NCBI RefSeq assembly: GCF_000142905.1 | Contig: NW_013657614.1 | Span: 52,803-116,802 of the forward strand | Direction of reading: 5' to 3' | Source of the DNA: Thecamonas trahens ATCC 50062 | Lineage: Eukaryota; Protista; Apusomonadida | DNA: 64,000 bases | Notes under the pieces: generated by a model | Told to the model about the DNA's origin: nothing | The model's database searches: none | The model's input: the letters and a program-made list of their open reading frames with translations, nothing else | Program-made: the position numbers and the translations under genes | In this document: in pieces, positions 10,402 through 20,677 of the stretch | Numbering within the stretch: the stretch's first letter is position 1 | How the letters are laid out: each line of letters begins with the position of its first letter

Positions 10402-11674
10402 GCTGTTTGGAGTGGAGGCGAGAGGGGGGGAGGTGGGGGTGGGGGTGGGGGTGGGGGTGGGGGTGGGGTGGGGGTAGTGAGGTGGAGGCTGAGGGGTTGG
10501 TTCGGGTGGTCGGGCTGGACGGGGTGTCGCTGTGATTGATGGCCGGCGGCCAGCTGGCGGTCGGCTGGTGGGCGGGCGGCTGGCGGCTGGCCGGCCGGCT
10601 GGTACAACAAGCGGGTGCAGGACACTGGAGTGATCAAGTCAAGGTTGGGGCTTGTTGACCGCGAGAGGGCAAGAGGCTTATTGCTTTGCGCTCAAAGATG
10701 TTCAAGTAGGTCGAGCCTGTCAGGCACGATGAGCGGCGACATGGCGGCGCTGGACGAGGCGATGGTCAAGATGGCGGCAGGAGCCACCGACAATGGCAGA
10801 GACTGCCGGGGTATGTGGCGGCGTGGGATGGGCGGACGGCGGTCACGGCGAGCACAGGTCAGACTCGGAGTGGATCCCAGCTCAGCGTGGGTGGAACGAC
10901 GCTTGCGACGACGAGGACAGCGCTGCGGATGGCGCCGCAGTTGATGCTGGCGGGGCTGAGACCGGTGCTATTCTGCTGGATCGAGACCCACCGCTCTCTG
11001 AGCCGACTCTCGTCTATCTCCGCATGGGCACGCTCATTGTCTCGCCCAGCAATTGTCGTACAAGGGCGGTTTAGAAGAGGCCAAGTTCTTGTTCGGCCTG
11101 AGCGAGTCAAAGAAGCGAGGCGCAGCGAAAACATGTGACGACGTACACAACACGATCGCACGACTTCTAATTTCAGAACTAGATGTACCCCATTCTGATC
11201 CGTCAAGGGTCCGATCGAGCCCGGCAGCCATGCGGCTTCTCAACGGCGGCACGTACCCGCCGCCAGCCGTGCAGGCCCTGTGGCCGTCGAAAAATGGCCA
11301 TAACCAACAAAATAGTCCACGGTTCTTTGGCGGCGGTAGAGTCGGCGAACACTGCGGAGAGACCCTCCCGGCGAAAATCTGCAATGCCATTTTGTGTGCC
11401 GCTGCCGTACACCCAGCGACACCTCACGCACGCCTCCTCTGCAAACCCTGGTCAACACTCGTCTCAGTAGCTGTTGGGGATTGGATCTTCATGGTGTTCT
11501 CCAGTACGTGTCTTTTCCCGTCCTTGCACTACCGCGCCCTCTGCCCTCTCCCCTACAGTCGGCTTCCGGCCTGTGTGCGGATCACTCGCCATGACAGCCA
11601 GTCCGACCGTCGACCCCCGCCGCCGCCCCGGCTAGCCCTCTGCTCAAGTTCGCTCTTCTGCACCCCATTCCAGC

Positions 11675-14600
11675 ATGTTCACGCTTTTTCACATGCAATC
11701 TCCCAAGCATGACGTACTCTCTTACTCATACCCTCGGAACACTGCAGAGAAAGGTCTCCATAGCCTACTGTTACGTCACACAATTTTTGTGTGCCTGGTC
11801 GCCGCCTTTTCAGCCGCACCAATTCTGGCTGCGTCCTTTCCCGACGTGCCACAATGCAAGCCCGAGGCCAATCTTGAGCCTCCTCTCGCTCCCGTGACTG
11901 GTGTAGACTCGGGTACCGCCTACGCCATGGCTGTGGCCGACTTTACTGGCGACGGTTGCCCGGATGTCGTGGTCAGCTACCACAGCTTCGTCAAAGCCTA
12001 CAAGTGCACCGACGGCAAGGGCGGTGCATTTGCACATTACGAGACGCTGACATCCTCGGTCAGCCACGCTGCCGACATTGCAGCGGGGCATATCGACAAC
12101 AACGGATATATTGACGTTGCTACCGTCTCGAAGAACAACGCCGACGTGATCTATTTCCTCAACCATGGTACCTTCTTTGGATCGCAAGTTGTGCTCAAGT
12201 CCACCGCCGAAGCTATTCACGCTGTCGCCTTTGGCCGCATGAACAACGACGGCTATGACGACCTGGTTGTCGCTGATCGGCACTACATCCACTGGTTTGC
12301 TCGACAGGCTGGTGGCGGCTACGTGACCGGGACCGAGACTGTAGTCTCGTATATTGTCGATGTCTACTTCGGCAGGATCGCGACCGGTCACATGAACGCC
12401 GACTCGTACACAGACGTTGTCTCGGCGTCATACGGCCACGACAATATCGACATCCACCTTTCCAACAACGCCGCAGGTTCCTCGTTCACCACCTCATACG
12501 TCACAAGCTCTCTCAACACTAACGATCTTGTCCTCGCCGACCTTGACCAGGATGGCATCAACGACATTATCTACGTCTCCCCTACCTTGGGCAGGCTGGG
12601 CGTACTTATCAATAGCGGCGTTGCGACCTTTTCTCACCATACCATCACATCTAGTCTCGCGTCTGCTCGTGGCGTCTCCGTCACAGACTGGAACCATGAT
12701 GGCATCCCTGACATCCTCGCCGGAAGCTCGTCCCATCTCAAAGTGTTTCTCAACTCGGGCAGTGGCACGGCGTACACCAGCCACCCCATCGACGGAACGA
12801 CTTCCTCGGTCCGCGACGTCGGTGTCTTTCCCGTCAATGATGGCCTTATTGCCGTTGCTGCACTCGACAACCGCCCGTACTTCACCGACATCTACACAGA
12901 CATCGGCAAGTTTGGCGCCGGAACCCAGATTGATTCAGGCCTGGGCGACCCAGGGCCGCGCGCCACCGCCATCGCCGATCTCGACTCGGACGGCGACGGC
13001 GACATCGTCGCCGCTATGGCCGGAGGCAGCCTCGTCTGGTACCGCAACGACAACGAAGATGGCACCTTCACTGCCGCCATCACCGTCGATGCCTCCACCC
13101 CCTCCGGTCCGCGCTCTCTTGCCGTGGCTGACCTCGACGCTGACGGTGCTCTAGACATTGTCCTTGTCACCGACTCGGGCACTCTCGGTTGGTACCGCAA
13201 CACTAATGGGATGGGATCTTTTGCTGCTCATGCCCTCCTCACATCGCCTACATCGCCCACGCATGTTGTCGCCTGCGATCTCAACGCCGACGGCTTTGTC
13301 GACCTCGCCTACTCCCATGCTTCTGGCGCGTCGTGGCTCGCCTCGACAGGCCCCGCCTCGTTTGCAACGCCGGCATCCATCTCGACAGACGCCCCGGGCA
13401 TCTGGCTAGCATGTGCCGATGCAGACGGCGACGGTGCGCACGATCTTGCCACGCTTGGAGATGACGACCTCGCCTACCACCACAACGATGGCGGGACTGG
13501 CACTTTCTCTTCCTCCATCGTCGCCACCGGTCTCACCTCGCCGGTTTGCGTCACCTTTGCTGACCTCGACAACGCCAATCGTCTCGATCTCGCTGTCAGC
13601 ACCGATCCCCCTGGCGTCGTCAACAGTGTTCTTCGCACCTTTACCTCGACCTCACCGGCAGCTGCAACCTACTCGGAGGTGGTCCTTGCCTCAGATTTGG
13701 CTTACGCCGGTCAGGTCGTGGCCATGGACGTCGATCACGACGGGCGTGACGACATTGTCGCCTCTGACTCGTACGCCGCCTTTGTCTTCATCACTCCGCT
13801 TACGTCGTCTTCCGACGTCTTTAGGAATGCCAACAGCCGTCCGCACGTCCTCGCCACTGGCGATCTCGACTCGGACGGCGACGATGACCTTGTCGTCGGC
13901 ACCGTTGCCACCGGCATTCTCCGTACCTTCCCCGTCATCTCACGCCACTCGCAGATCCAAGCCCAGCTTGCTGCCAGGAACATTGCGCCGCCTCCCGGGC
14001 ACTCGGATCGCTCGTCCCGAGCCATCTCCGACCTTGTCGCCAAGTCTTCGCGATGCGTCACCGACACGGTCCTCATCCCAACGGGCACCTACGCCTGCCC
14101 GACCTTCCATCCGCTCATCACCTGGCCGGTCAACATCGCGCCCGTCACCCCCGGCGGTGTCACCATCGACTGTGCCAACCAGAGTTCAGATGGTGTCGTT
14201 CTCAAGGCTGCACCCTCGCCGGTGACTGGATCGCCGCTACGCGGTGTAGTCACTGTCAACGACATCGACGTCGTCAACTCGGGCTCCTCGGGAGGTCTTC
14301 CGGCATTTGCCGTCTCAGGCACCGGCGCCGCCCTCACCATCAGCAACGCAGCCATCTCCGAGGCCGCTGTGGGCGGATCAGGCGGCGCCGTCGTAGTCGA
14401 CGACGGCGGTGTCCTCGTCGTCACCAACACCTCTTTCACCAACTGCGAAGCAGGCGGGTCTGGGGGCGCCATCTATGGAACGCCCTCGGCCGGCAGCGTC
14501 ACCATCAGCTCTGTCACCCTCTCCGGCAACACCGCTGGAGCCGGCGGCGCCATCGCCTGGACCTCGCCCGCTGCGCTAGCCATGGACTCGGCATCGACGT

Positions 14601-17600
14601 GCAACGCCAACAAGGCAACCGCAGGCAATGGTGGATGCCTTCTGGTATCAACTCCTTCTCCCGATCTCAGCCTCTCTGGCGTGACCGTGAGTAACAACTC
14701 AGCGGCCGGCTCGGGCGGGGGCCTGGCTGTCCATCGCCCAACGGGTGCCGGAGGCGGCTCTGTCGCCATCACCTCCGGCACGATGTTCAACGACAACGTG
14801 GCCGCCGTTGATGGCGGTGCGCTCGCTGTGAGTGTTGCGCCCGGTGCGTCGGCACCGGCTTCGCTCTCGCTCTCGGGCGTGACAGCAATGGGCGGATCGG
14901 CTGGGAGGGCAGGCGGAGTGGTGGCCATCGCCTCGCGCCCGGGCGCAGCGTGGGCCACCACCATCACCTCGTCGACTTTCACCTCGCCAAACGCCAGTAT
15001 CGGAGGCGGCCTTGCGTGCGCGCATCCAGACTATGCGCTAAGCGGCCCGTACGCCGTCTCGAGCTTCCCCACCGCCGCCCCGGCCTCGGGCGCCACCATC
15101 GCCTGTGATGGACTCACCATCTCGACGGCGACGGCTCTGTTTGGCGGTGGCGTGTTCGAAGCCGACTGCTCACTCTCGGCATCGGCCAACAAGCTGACCC
15201 TCTTGAGCTGCTCCGCGCAGGTAGCCGGTGCCGAGGGTTTTGCCGCCGAGTTTGCCTCGGCATCATTCCCGGTCACCGGCCCGGACTCGCCGCACTCGTC
15301 GACGTTGATCCAGCCCGAGTCGTACGGCCCGGCGTGGGCGACGCCGCCGGTTTCGGCAGCCTTTACCAGTGACTTTTCCGGCACGGTCCATGCCTCTGGT
15401 GTTGAACTGGGGCTTGATATGGCGATGACTGCTCTCGATGGCTATGGACAGACCGTGGCCGATCCCGGCATGGTAGTCGAGCTGACAACGCCCGACTTTG
15501 CCACTGCATCGCCGCTCCCGGCAACCCTGGTCGGCACAAACAGCTCCGGCGCAGTTGATCTCAGCACTATGGCTGTCTTTCTCAACACCGACAACCTCTC
15601 GGCTGGCATCAAGACCATCGACATCAGCGTGGGCACACTGATGCTCTCGACCACGCTCGAAATCACGCTCTGTCCCGTCAACTTTGGCGCAAAGCTCCCG
15701 GCGCCCGCACCAAGCATGCTGACATGCGCCGCTTGCGTGTCGCCAATGTACTCGCCAACGCTGTCGACCGATCCATGCATCTATCCATCGCCGCCGCCGC
15801 CATCGCCGCCGCCGCCGCCGCCATCGCCTCCGCCGCCGCCGCCATCGCCTCCACCGCCGCCACCATCGCCTCCGCCGCCATCGCCTCCACCGCCACCGCC
15901 TCCATCTCCTCCGCCGCCATCGCCTCCGCCGCCGCCACCACCATCTCCTCCGCCGCCATCGCCGCCGCCGCCGCCGCCACCATCTCCTCCGCCGCCATCT
16001 CCTCCTCCGCCGCCGCCCTCACCGCCTCCGCCGTACGCCTGTACCTTGCTGGAACCGCCGGCCAACGCAACGATCAGCTTTACCGACTACGGGTACACCG
16101 GGTCAATTGCCGAGACAACATGCCTTCCGCCCACAGTGCAAGTGGCCGGTGATGCGCAACGGATGTGCAGCGGCGGGTCATGGACCGGGATCGAGGCGCA
16201 GTGCAGGTACGTGGCCTGCCCGCCGCAAGCGCCACCAGAGTCCGGCAGTATCTCCTGCAGCGGCGATACCGACATTGGCGGCTTTGGAGCGTTCAACGAG
16301 ACATGCACCTACACATGCAATGCTGGCCTGTCACTTGTCGGCATCCAGTCTCAGACCTGTCTTGCCAACTCGCAGTGGTCGGGTGTGGAGAGTCCGTTCT
16401 GCTCGGCGTTCTCCATCAACAGCTCGTTTGTGAGCGACGTCGTCGACATGGTGTCCATTGAGGCAGGGTCTTCGCTCACGGTGCGATTCTTAGTTCGCGA
16501 TGACAGTGGCAATGCGGTAGTCTCGGGTGTCGACGTGCCGCTCGTCCGCAACGCAGCCGATGGTGTCGATCTCATCTTGACATCTCAGTACCTGGGGGAC
16601 GGAGAGTATAGCGTGACGTTTCTGCCGCCGACGCGCGCAGGCAGCCACGCCGTCGAATACGGACTCAACAATCTGCTCTTTTTCTCGGGCACTCAGTCTT
16701 CGACAGTCATCGTGGTGCCTGGTCCGGCTTCAGGGTCGCGCAGTACGCTGGTGACTGAAGTCGGCGCCAGTGGAGTGCTCGAGCTGGAGACCTCGGTGGC
16801 ATCCACCTTCCGCATCGCCCTCAAGGACAACTACGACAACATGGTGAGCCAAGTGCCGAGCATAGATGCTGTGCGGGTGACAATCAATCGTGGCATCGAG
16901 ACGTTCCCTGTCAACGCCAGGCAGTTCGAGGGCCTGCAGCTCGTCTTTGACGTCCTAGTCGAGAACGGTGGCACGTACACGCTCTCGGTCCGGATCAACG
17001 ACGACGATATCATCGGCTCGCCATTTGTCCTCTCTGCCTCGACCACATGTCTTCCGGGCAGCCGAGTGCTCGACGGCACGTCGTGTGTTGCATGCTCGCC
17101 CGGATCGTACTCGGATACCATCAACGCAGTGACATGCACCGGATGCCCGGCATTCACCACAGCCGGCACCGGCGCGAGCTCGTGGCGCAACTGCTCGTGC
17201 CTGCCGCTCTTCTGGTTTGGGAGTGGCGACCGGTCCGCAGATCGCGGGTGCGAGCCGTGTCCCATCGGCGCCGAGTGCGCTGGTGGCAAGGAAGCGCCGC
17301 AGCCGGCGCCGGGCTACAGTGAGCAGGATGGCTCGTTTGTGCTGTGTCCACGCCCGTCGGCATGTGCAGGCTCGGGGCGGTGCGCGCAGGGCTACTCCGG
17401 CTCGTTCTGCACCACCTGCAGCGACGGGTACTATCGGACAAGCGATGGCGCGTGCAAGGCGTGTCCGCCAAACCCTGGAGGCGTGTTTGCGGCTGTGGTC
17501 ATTGCCCTCGTGGCGCTGTCGATGGTCGGTGCGGTGTTTGTGGCCTGGGTGGTGATGCGATCGCTCGAGGCGACGAATGCGGGCGAGCACGGGCAGAAGC

Positions 17601-18826
17601 ACATCATTGCGTTCCGGATGCGGACGATTCCAGTCTCGATCTCCATGTCGCTGGTGGCCTTCCAGATTGTGAGCATCTTTGCCGAGTCGAACTTGAAGTG
17701 GAGCGACTCGTCACAGCGGGTGCTCTCGGTCTTTTCGGCCTTCAACATCAACGCCAACGTGGTAGCGTCCGAGTGCGCTGTGACCTCGTTCCACAAGATG
17801 TATGCCCTCTCGATCGCCATTCCCTTTATCATTGTCGGCCTTGTCATTGCCAACATGATGGTTCTCAAGGTCCTAGGTACGGCTGTGGAACGGCTGGCGC
17901 CGCTTCGCGCCGTCCCCATCCGATCGCTGGTCGACGCAGTGCTCTTCCTCGTTGCGCCGCTCCTCTACATCCCGCTCTCGCAGTCATCGCTTGCGCTCTT
18001 TGACTGCTCGCAGCTGCCTAACGGGCAGTACGTGCTGGACGCTGACACGGGCGTGGTGTGCTTTGACGACGCGTGGTGGGCAATCGTGCCGTTTGGTGTC
18101 GTCGCCATCCTCATCTACGTCATCGGCGTCCCGGTCTACTTTGGCATCACCCTCTTCCTCCACCGGCTCACCCTTTTCTCGCCGCATACCACGGCACGAT
18201 TTGGCTCGCTCTACCGCAACTGGCGGCGGGCGTACTACTGGGGCGAGATTGCTAACCTCTTCAAGCGGCTGGCCATCGTCGTCATCACCACCATGTTCTC
18301 CAAGCACCAGCTGGTCCTTATCGGCATGCTCCTTCTCATCCTCGGCTCGTCGGTCTACATCTTTGTCCGCATCCGCCCGTACTACGTCCCGCTTTACAAC
18401 GAGGTCGAGACTCGGCTCTCCATCGCCGTCATCGCCATCCTTCTTCTCGGATCGGCCTCGTACGCCGAGCGTACTAGCTCAGCGAGCGAGATTGCGCTCT
18501 TTGTCTCTGTCATCATCGCCATCATCGCGCTCTGTGCCATTGCCGTCCACTCGATCGCCATGGACATCCTATCGGTCTACCGCGAGCGCAAGCGCGGCGA
18601 GCTTCCGGCGGCCGAGCGGCAGAAGGGTCTCATGAACGTCATCACTGCAGAGCTCAAGGATGTCGACGCTGACCCCGCCGTCCTCCGCTCAGCTGGAGAG
18701 TTCCTCGCCACCCTTGATGCTGCGCACCACGCAAAGTCGACCCATCGCGAGCGGTCATCATCGGTGGACCTCGGCCAAATCGGCGAGGTTGAGCTCGACA
18801 CCCTGGACGGTGCTCAGCTTGTTTAA
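11675..18826 (+). CDS. Giant surface receptor-like protein, 2383 aa: signal peptide, FG-GAP/VCBS repeats, GGA-repeat beta-helix, extensin-like Pro tract, 2 Sushi/CCP, 2 filamin/Ig-like, TNFR-like Cys-rich region, about 7-8 TM C-terminal domain
   Basis: More than 12 DxDxDG.xD motifs; GGSGGAV/GGAI repeats; (SPPPP)n; C..P..NG/C..G..L.G...C...WS Sushi patterns; GSPF filamin end; CAQGYSGSFCTTCSDGYY; RFGSLYRNWRRAYYWGEI and RPY in the TM region. The start could be the ATG at 11693. Confidence 0.92.
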   Translation: MFTLFHMQSPKHDVLSYSYPRNTAEKGLHSLLLRHTIFVCLVAAFSAAPILAASFPDVPQCKPEANLEPPLAPVTGVDSGTAYAMAVADFTGDGCPDVVVSYHSFVKAYKCTDGKGGAFAHYETLTSSVSHAADIAAGHIDNNGYIDVATVSKNNADVIYFLNHGTFFGSQVVLKSTAEAIHAVAFGRMNNDGYDDLVVADRHYIHWFARQAGGGYVTGTETVVSYIVDVYFGRIATGHMNADSYTDVVSASYGHDNIDIHLSNNAAGSSFTTSYVTSSLNTNDLVLADLDQDGINDIIYVSPTLGRLGVLINSGVATFSHHTITSSLASARGVSVTDWNHDGIPDILAGSSSHLKVFLNSGSGTAYTSHPIDGTTSSVRDVGVFPVNDGLIAVAALDNRPYFTDIYTDIGKFGAGTQIDSGLGDPGPRATAIADLDSDGDGDIVAAMAGGSLVWYRNDNEDGTFTAAITVDASTPSGPRSLAVADLDADGALDIVLVTDSGTLGWYRNTNGMGSFAAHALLTSPTSPTHVVACDLNADGFVDLAYSHASGASWLASTGPASFATPASISTDAPGIWLACADADGDGAHDLATLGDDDLAYHHNDGGTGTFSSSIVATGLTSPVCVTFADLDNANRLDLAVSTDPPGVVNSVLRTFTSTSPAAATYSEVVLASDLAYAGQVVAMDVDHDGRDDIVASDSYAAFVFITPLTSSSDVFRNANSRPHVLATGDLDSDGDDDLVVGTVATGILRTFPVISRHSQIQAQLAARNIAPPPGHSDRSSRAISDLVAKSSRCVTDTVLIPTGTYACPTFHPLITWPVNIAPVTPGGVTIDCANQSSDGVVLKAAPSPVTGSPLRGVVTVNDIDVVNSGSSGGLPAFAVSGTGAALTISNAAISEAAVGGSGGAVVVDDGGVLVVTNTSFTNCEAGGSGGAIYGTPSAGSVTISSVTLSGNTAGAGGAIAWTSPAALAMDSASTCNANKATAGNGGCLLVSTPSPDLSLSGVTVSNNSAAGSGGGLAVHRPTGAGGGSVAITSGTMFNDNVAAVDGGALAVSVAPGASAPASLSLSGVTAMGGSAGRAGGVVAIASRPGAAWATTITSSTFTSPNASIGGGLACAHPDYALSGPYAVSSFPTAAPASGATIACDGLTISTATALFGGGVFEADCSLSASANKLTLLSCSAQVAGAEGFAAEFASASFPVTGPDSPHSSTLIQPESYGPAWATPPVSAAFTSDFSGTVHASGVELGLDMAMTALDGYGQTVADPGMVVELTTPDFATASPLPATLVGTNSSGAVDLSTMAVFLNTDNLSAGIKTIDISVGTLMLSTTLEITLCPVNFGAKLPAPAPSMLTCAACVSPMYSPTLSTDPCIYPSPPPPSPPPPPPSPPPPPPSPPPPPPSPPPPSPPPPPPPSPPPPSPPPPPPPSPPPPSPPPPPPPSPPPPSPPPPPPSPPPPYACTLLEPPANATISFTDYGYTGSIAETTCLPPTVQVAGDAQRMCSGGSWTGIEAQCRYVACPPQAPPESGSISCSGDTDIGGFGAFNETCTYTCNAGLSLVGIQSQTCLANSQWSGVESPFCSAFSINSSFVSDVVDMVSIEAGSSLTVRFLVRDDSGNAVVSGVDVPLVRNAADGVDLILTSQYLGDGEYSVTFLPPTRAGSHAVEYGLNNLLFFSGTQSSTVIVVPGPASGSRSTLVTEVGASGVLELETSVASTFRIALKDNYDNMVSQVPSIDAVRVTINRGIETFPVNARQFEGLQLVFDVLVENGGTYTLSVRINDDDIIGSPFVLSASTTCLPGSRVLDGTSCVACSPGSYSDTINAVTCTGCPAFTTAGTGASSWRNCSCLPLFWFGSGDRSADRGCEPCPIGAECAGGKEAPQPAPGYSEQDGSFVLCPRPSACAGSGRCAQGYSGSFCTTCSDGYYRTSDGACKACPPNPGGVFAAVVIALVALSMVGAVFVAWVVMRSLEATNAGEHGQKHIIAFRMRTIPVSISMSLVAFQIVSIFAESNLKWSDSSQRVLSVFSAFNINANVVASECAVTSFHKMYALSIAIPFIIVGLVIANMMVLKVLGTAVERLAPLRAVPIRSLVDAVLFLVAPLLYIPLSQSSLALFDCSQLPNGQYVLDADTGVVCFDDAWWAIVPFGVVAILIYVIGVPVYFGITLFLHRLTLFSPHTTARFGSLYRNWRRAYYWGEIANLFKRLAIVVITTMFSKHQLVLIGMLLLILGSSVYIFVRIRPYYVPLYNEVETRLSIAVIAILLLGSASYAERTSSASEIALFVSVIIAIIALCAIAVHSIAMDILSVYRERKRGELPAAERQKGLMNVITAELKDVDADPAVLRSAGEFLATLDAAHHAKSTHRERSSSVDLGQIGEVELDTLDGAQLV
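15784..16033 (+). repeat. Coding (ccg)n microsatellite encoding SPPPP(PP) extensin-like repeats
   Basis: Direct reading. Confidence 0.95.
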
Positions 18827-19221
18827 AACACCACACAGGGAATCGACCGTGATGTGTACGTGAGCGTGTGTGCAGGGCTGTACAAGGAGATAGAGGAAGA
18901 GTCCGTCAAAAAATCAAAGATCATCATCACCCCCGGCCTCCCCCGCCGACCCCACTTCGCAGCCCACAACGTCGAGCTCACCGCACCGAAGCCACCGAAG
19001 CGATTCTCGGTGTAAAAGAGAAGCACATCCACATAGACGTCTTGCTCTCCATTGATCCGTTCGTTCCAATCTCATGCGATGTGACTGGCCCTTCCTCCTC
19101 CCGCCCCCCCGCCCCACCCTCCCCCCCCCCCTCGCCCAGCCCACCCACAAAAAATCCCATCACCCCCCCTCTCCCACCTCTGTCGCCACCTACTCCACTC
19201 TGCCAGCTGACCTGACTGACC

Positions 19222-20305
19222 ATGCTGAGCCTCACCCGCGTTACGCTGGCCACCCACACCGCCCGCCTGTCGTCGACTCTGGTTGCCACCACCTCCAAGG
19301 GCGGTAACACTCTCAAGTTCTTTGACACTGGTACGTGCGATATCTGCATATCTGCATGGTGTTAGGTAGTCCATGGCCATGCCTGGGGGCTGGCCAGGGA
19401 GGGGGGGTGGCTGGCCAACCAAATTCGCCGGATCCCACCCGCCAGTCACCACCACCCCGGGCATGACCTGGCCATGGCCATAGAGAGAGGAGCAGACCGA
19501 TTTAGAGACTCCTTCTTGGTGTGCGACGCGAACCAAATGCAATAGTGCTATTAGTGAGACTGGGTTGGTCGGGGCAGAGATGGTGCGACCGGTAGCGGTA
19601 ACGGGGGCTCCCCCCCCCGCCCCGACCTCGGGCCTTGTCGCGCCCCGCTCGGCCGCCCGCCGCGCTCGGCTCCGCTCGCCCACTCGGCCGAGCAACTGGC
19701 TGCTCTGATCGGGCATGGGGATGACTCACATTTGTTGTGGGATGGGGTGACGACGGACAGAGAACAAGCACATGCAGCAGGTTGAGCTGGACGAAGTGGC
19801 GCCTGCTGTGGCCGAGGGCTCGTTTGTGGCGCCGAACGCTACCCTGGCCGGCAAGGTCGCCGTCTACGACGGGGCGTCGGTGTGGTACAACGCGGCCATC
19901 GAGGCTGATGCGCATCCGGCGGTGCTCGGCTTCAAGTCGGCTCTGCTTGATGGTGCGGTGCTGCAGTCCACGGCCGACACGCCGGCCTCGGTTGGCCACT
20001 TTGCCACCATCGGTGCCAACGCGGTCGTGTCGGGCGCTTCCGTCGGCGATTCGGTCGTCGTCGGCTCATCGGCCTCGATCGGCGAGGGCGCAGTCGTCGG
20101 CTCGGGTGCGGTCATCCAGGACGGTGCTGCTGTGGCGCCGGGCACCCACGTGCCTGCTGGTGAGGTGTGGGGCGGATCGCCGGCCCAGTTTGTTCGCAAG
20201 GCCTCCGAGGGCGACGCCATCAACGCCGCCGGCCTGTACGAGGCCAACGCTGCCAAGGCCCAGGCCCACGCCAGCGAGTTTGTCTTCTCCACCGAGGTCT
20301 GCTGA
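19222..20305 (+). CDS. Mitochondrial gamma-carbonic-anhydrase-like (left-handed beta-helix) protein; join(19222..19330,19761..20305), 217 aa
   Basis: Exon 1 MLSLTRVTLATHTARLSSTLVATT is presequence-like. Phase-1 intron GTACGT...GACAG joins in frame to ENKHMQQV. Motifs FVAPNATLAGKV, SVWYNA, hexapeptide repeats, GEVWGGSPAQFVR. Confidence 0.88.
19331..19760 (+). other. Spliceosomal intron, 430 nt, GT-AG
   Basis: Donor G|GTACGT, acceptor GGACAG|; splicing restores the frame. Confidence 0.85.
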
Positions 20306-20677
20306 AGCGGCTCTTCCCTGCGCCCGCCCGCTGGCCCGCCGTCTCGCCGTGCCTACCCACCGCATACAAGCGGACCGGGATGACAATGGCCCACCGAGAT
20401 GGCTCCCACCAACGGCGCCCACGGATGACCGACGCTCGTAGTGCTGAAGGACGACGTAAGCACCCCCCCCCCCCCCCTTCCCCACACAACACACACCAAT
20501 CAATAGCCATAATGAATGATGCCAGCCACCAGCCGGCAGCCCAGCCCGCCAGGGTCATTCTGCCACTGATCTTGACCGCATTGAGCCATGCCACCACAAA
20601 AAGGTCGTGGTTTCGCCCGCCGTGGACCGGCACGAACTCGCCATTGACCACCCGACTTCACGAAGCTCGCGCTAAAG

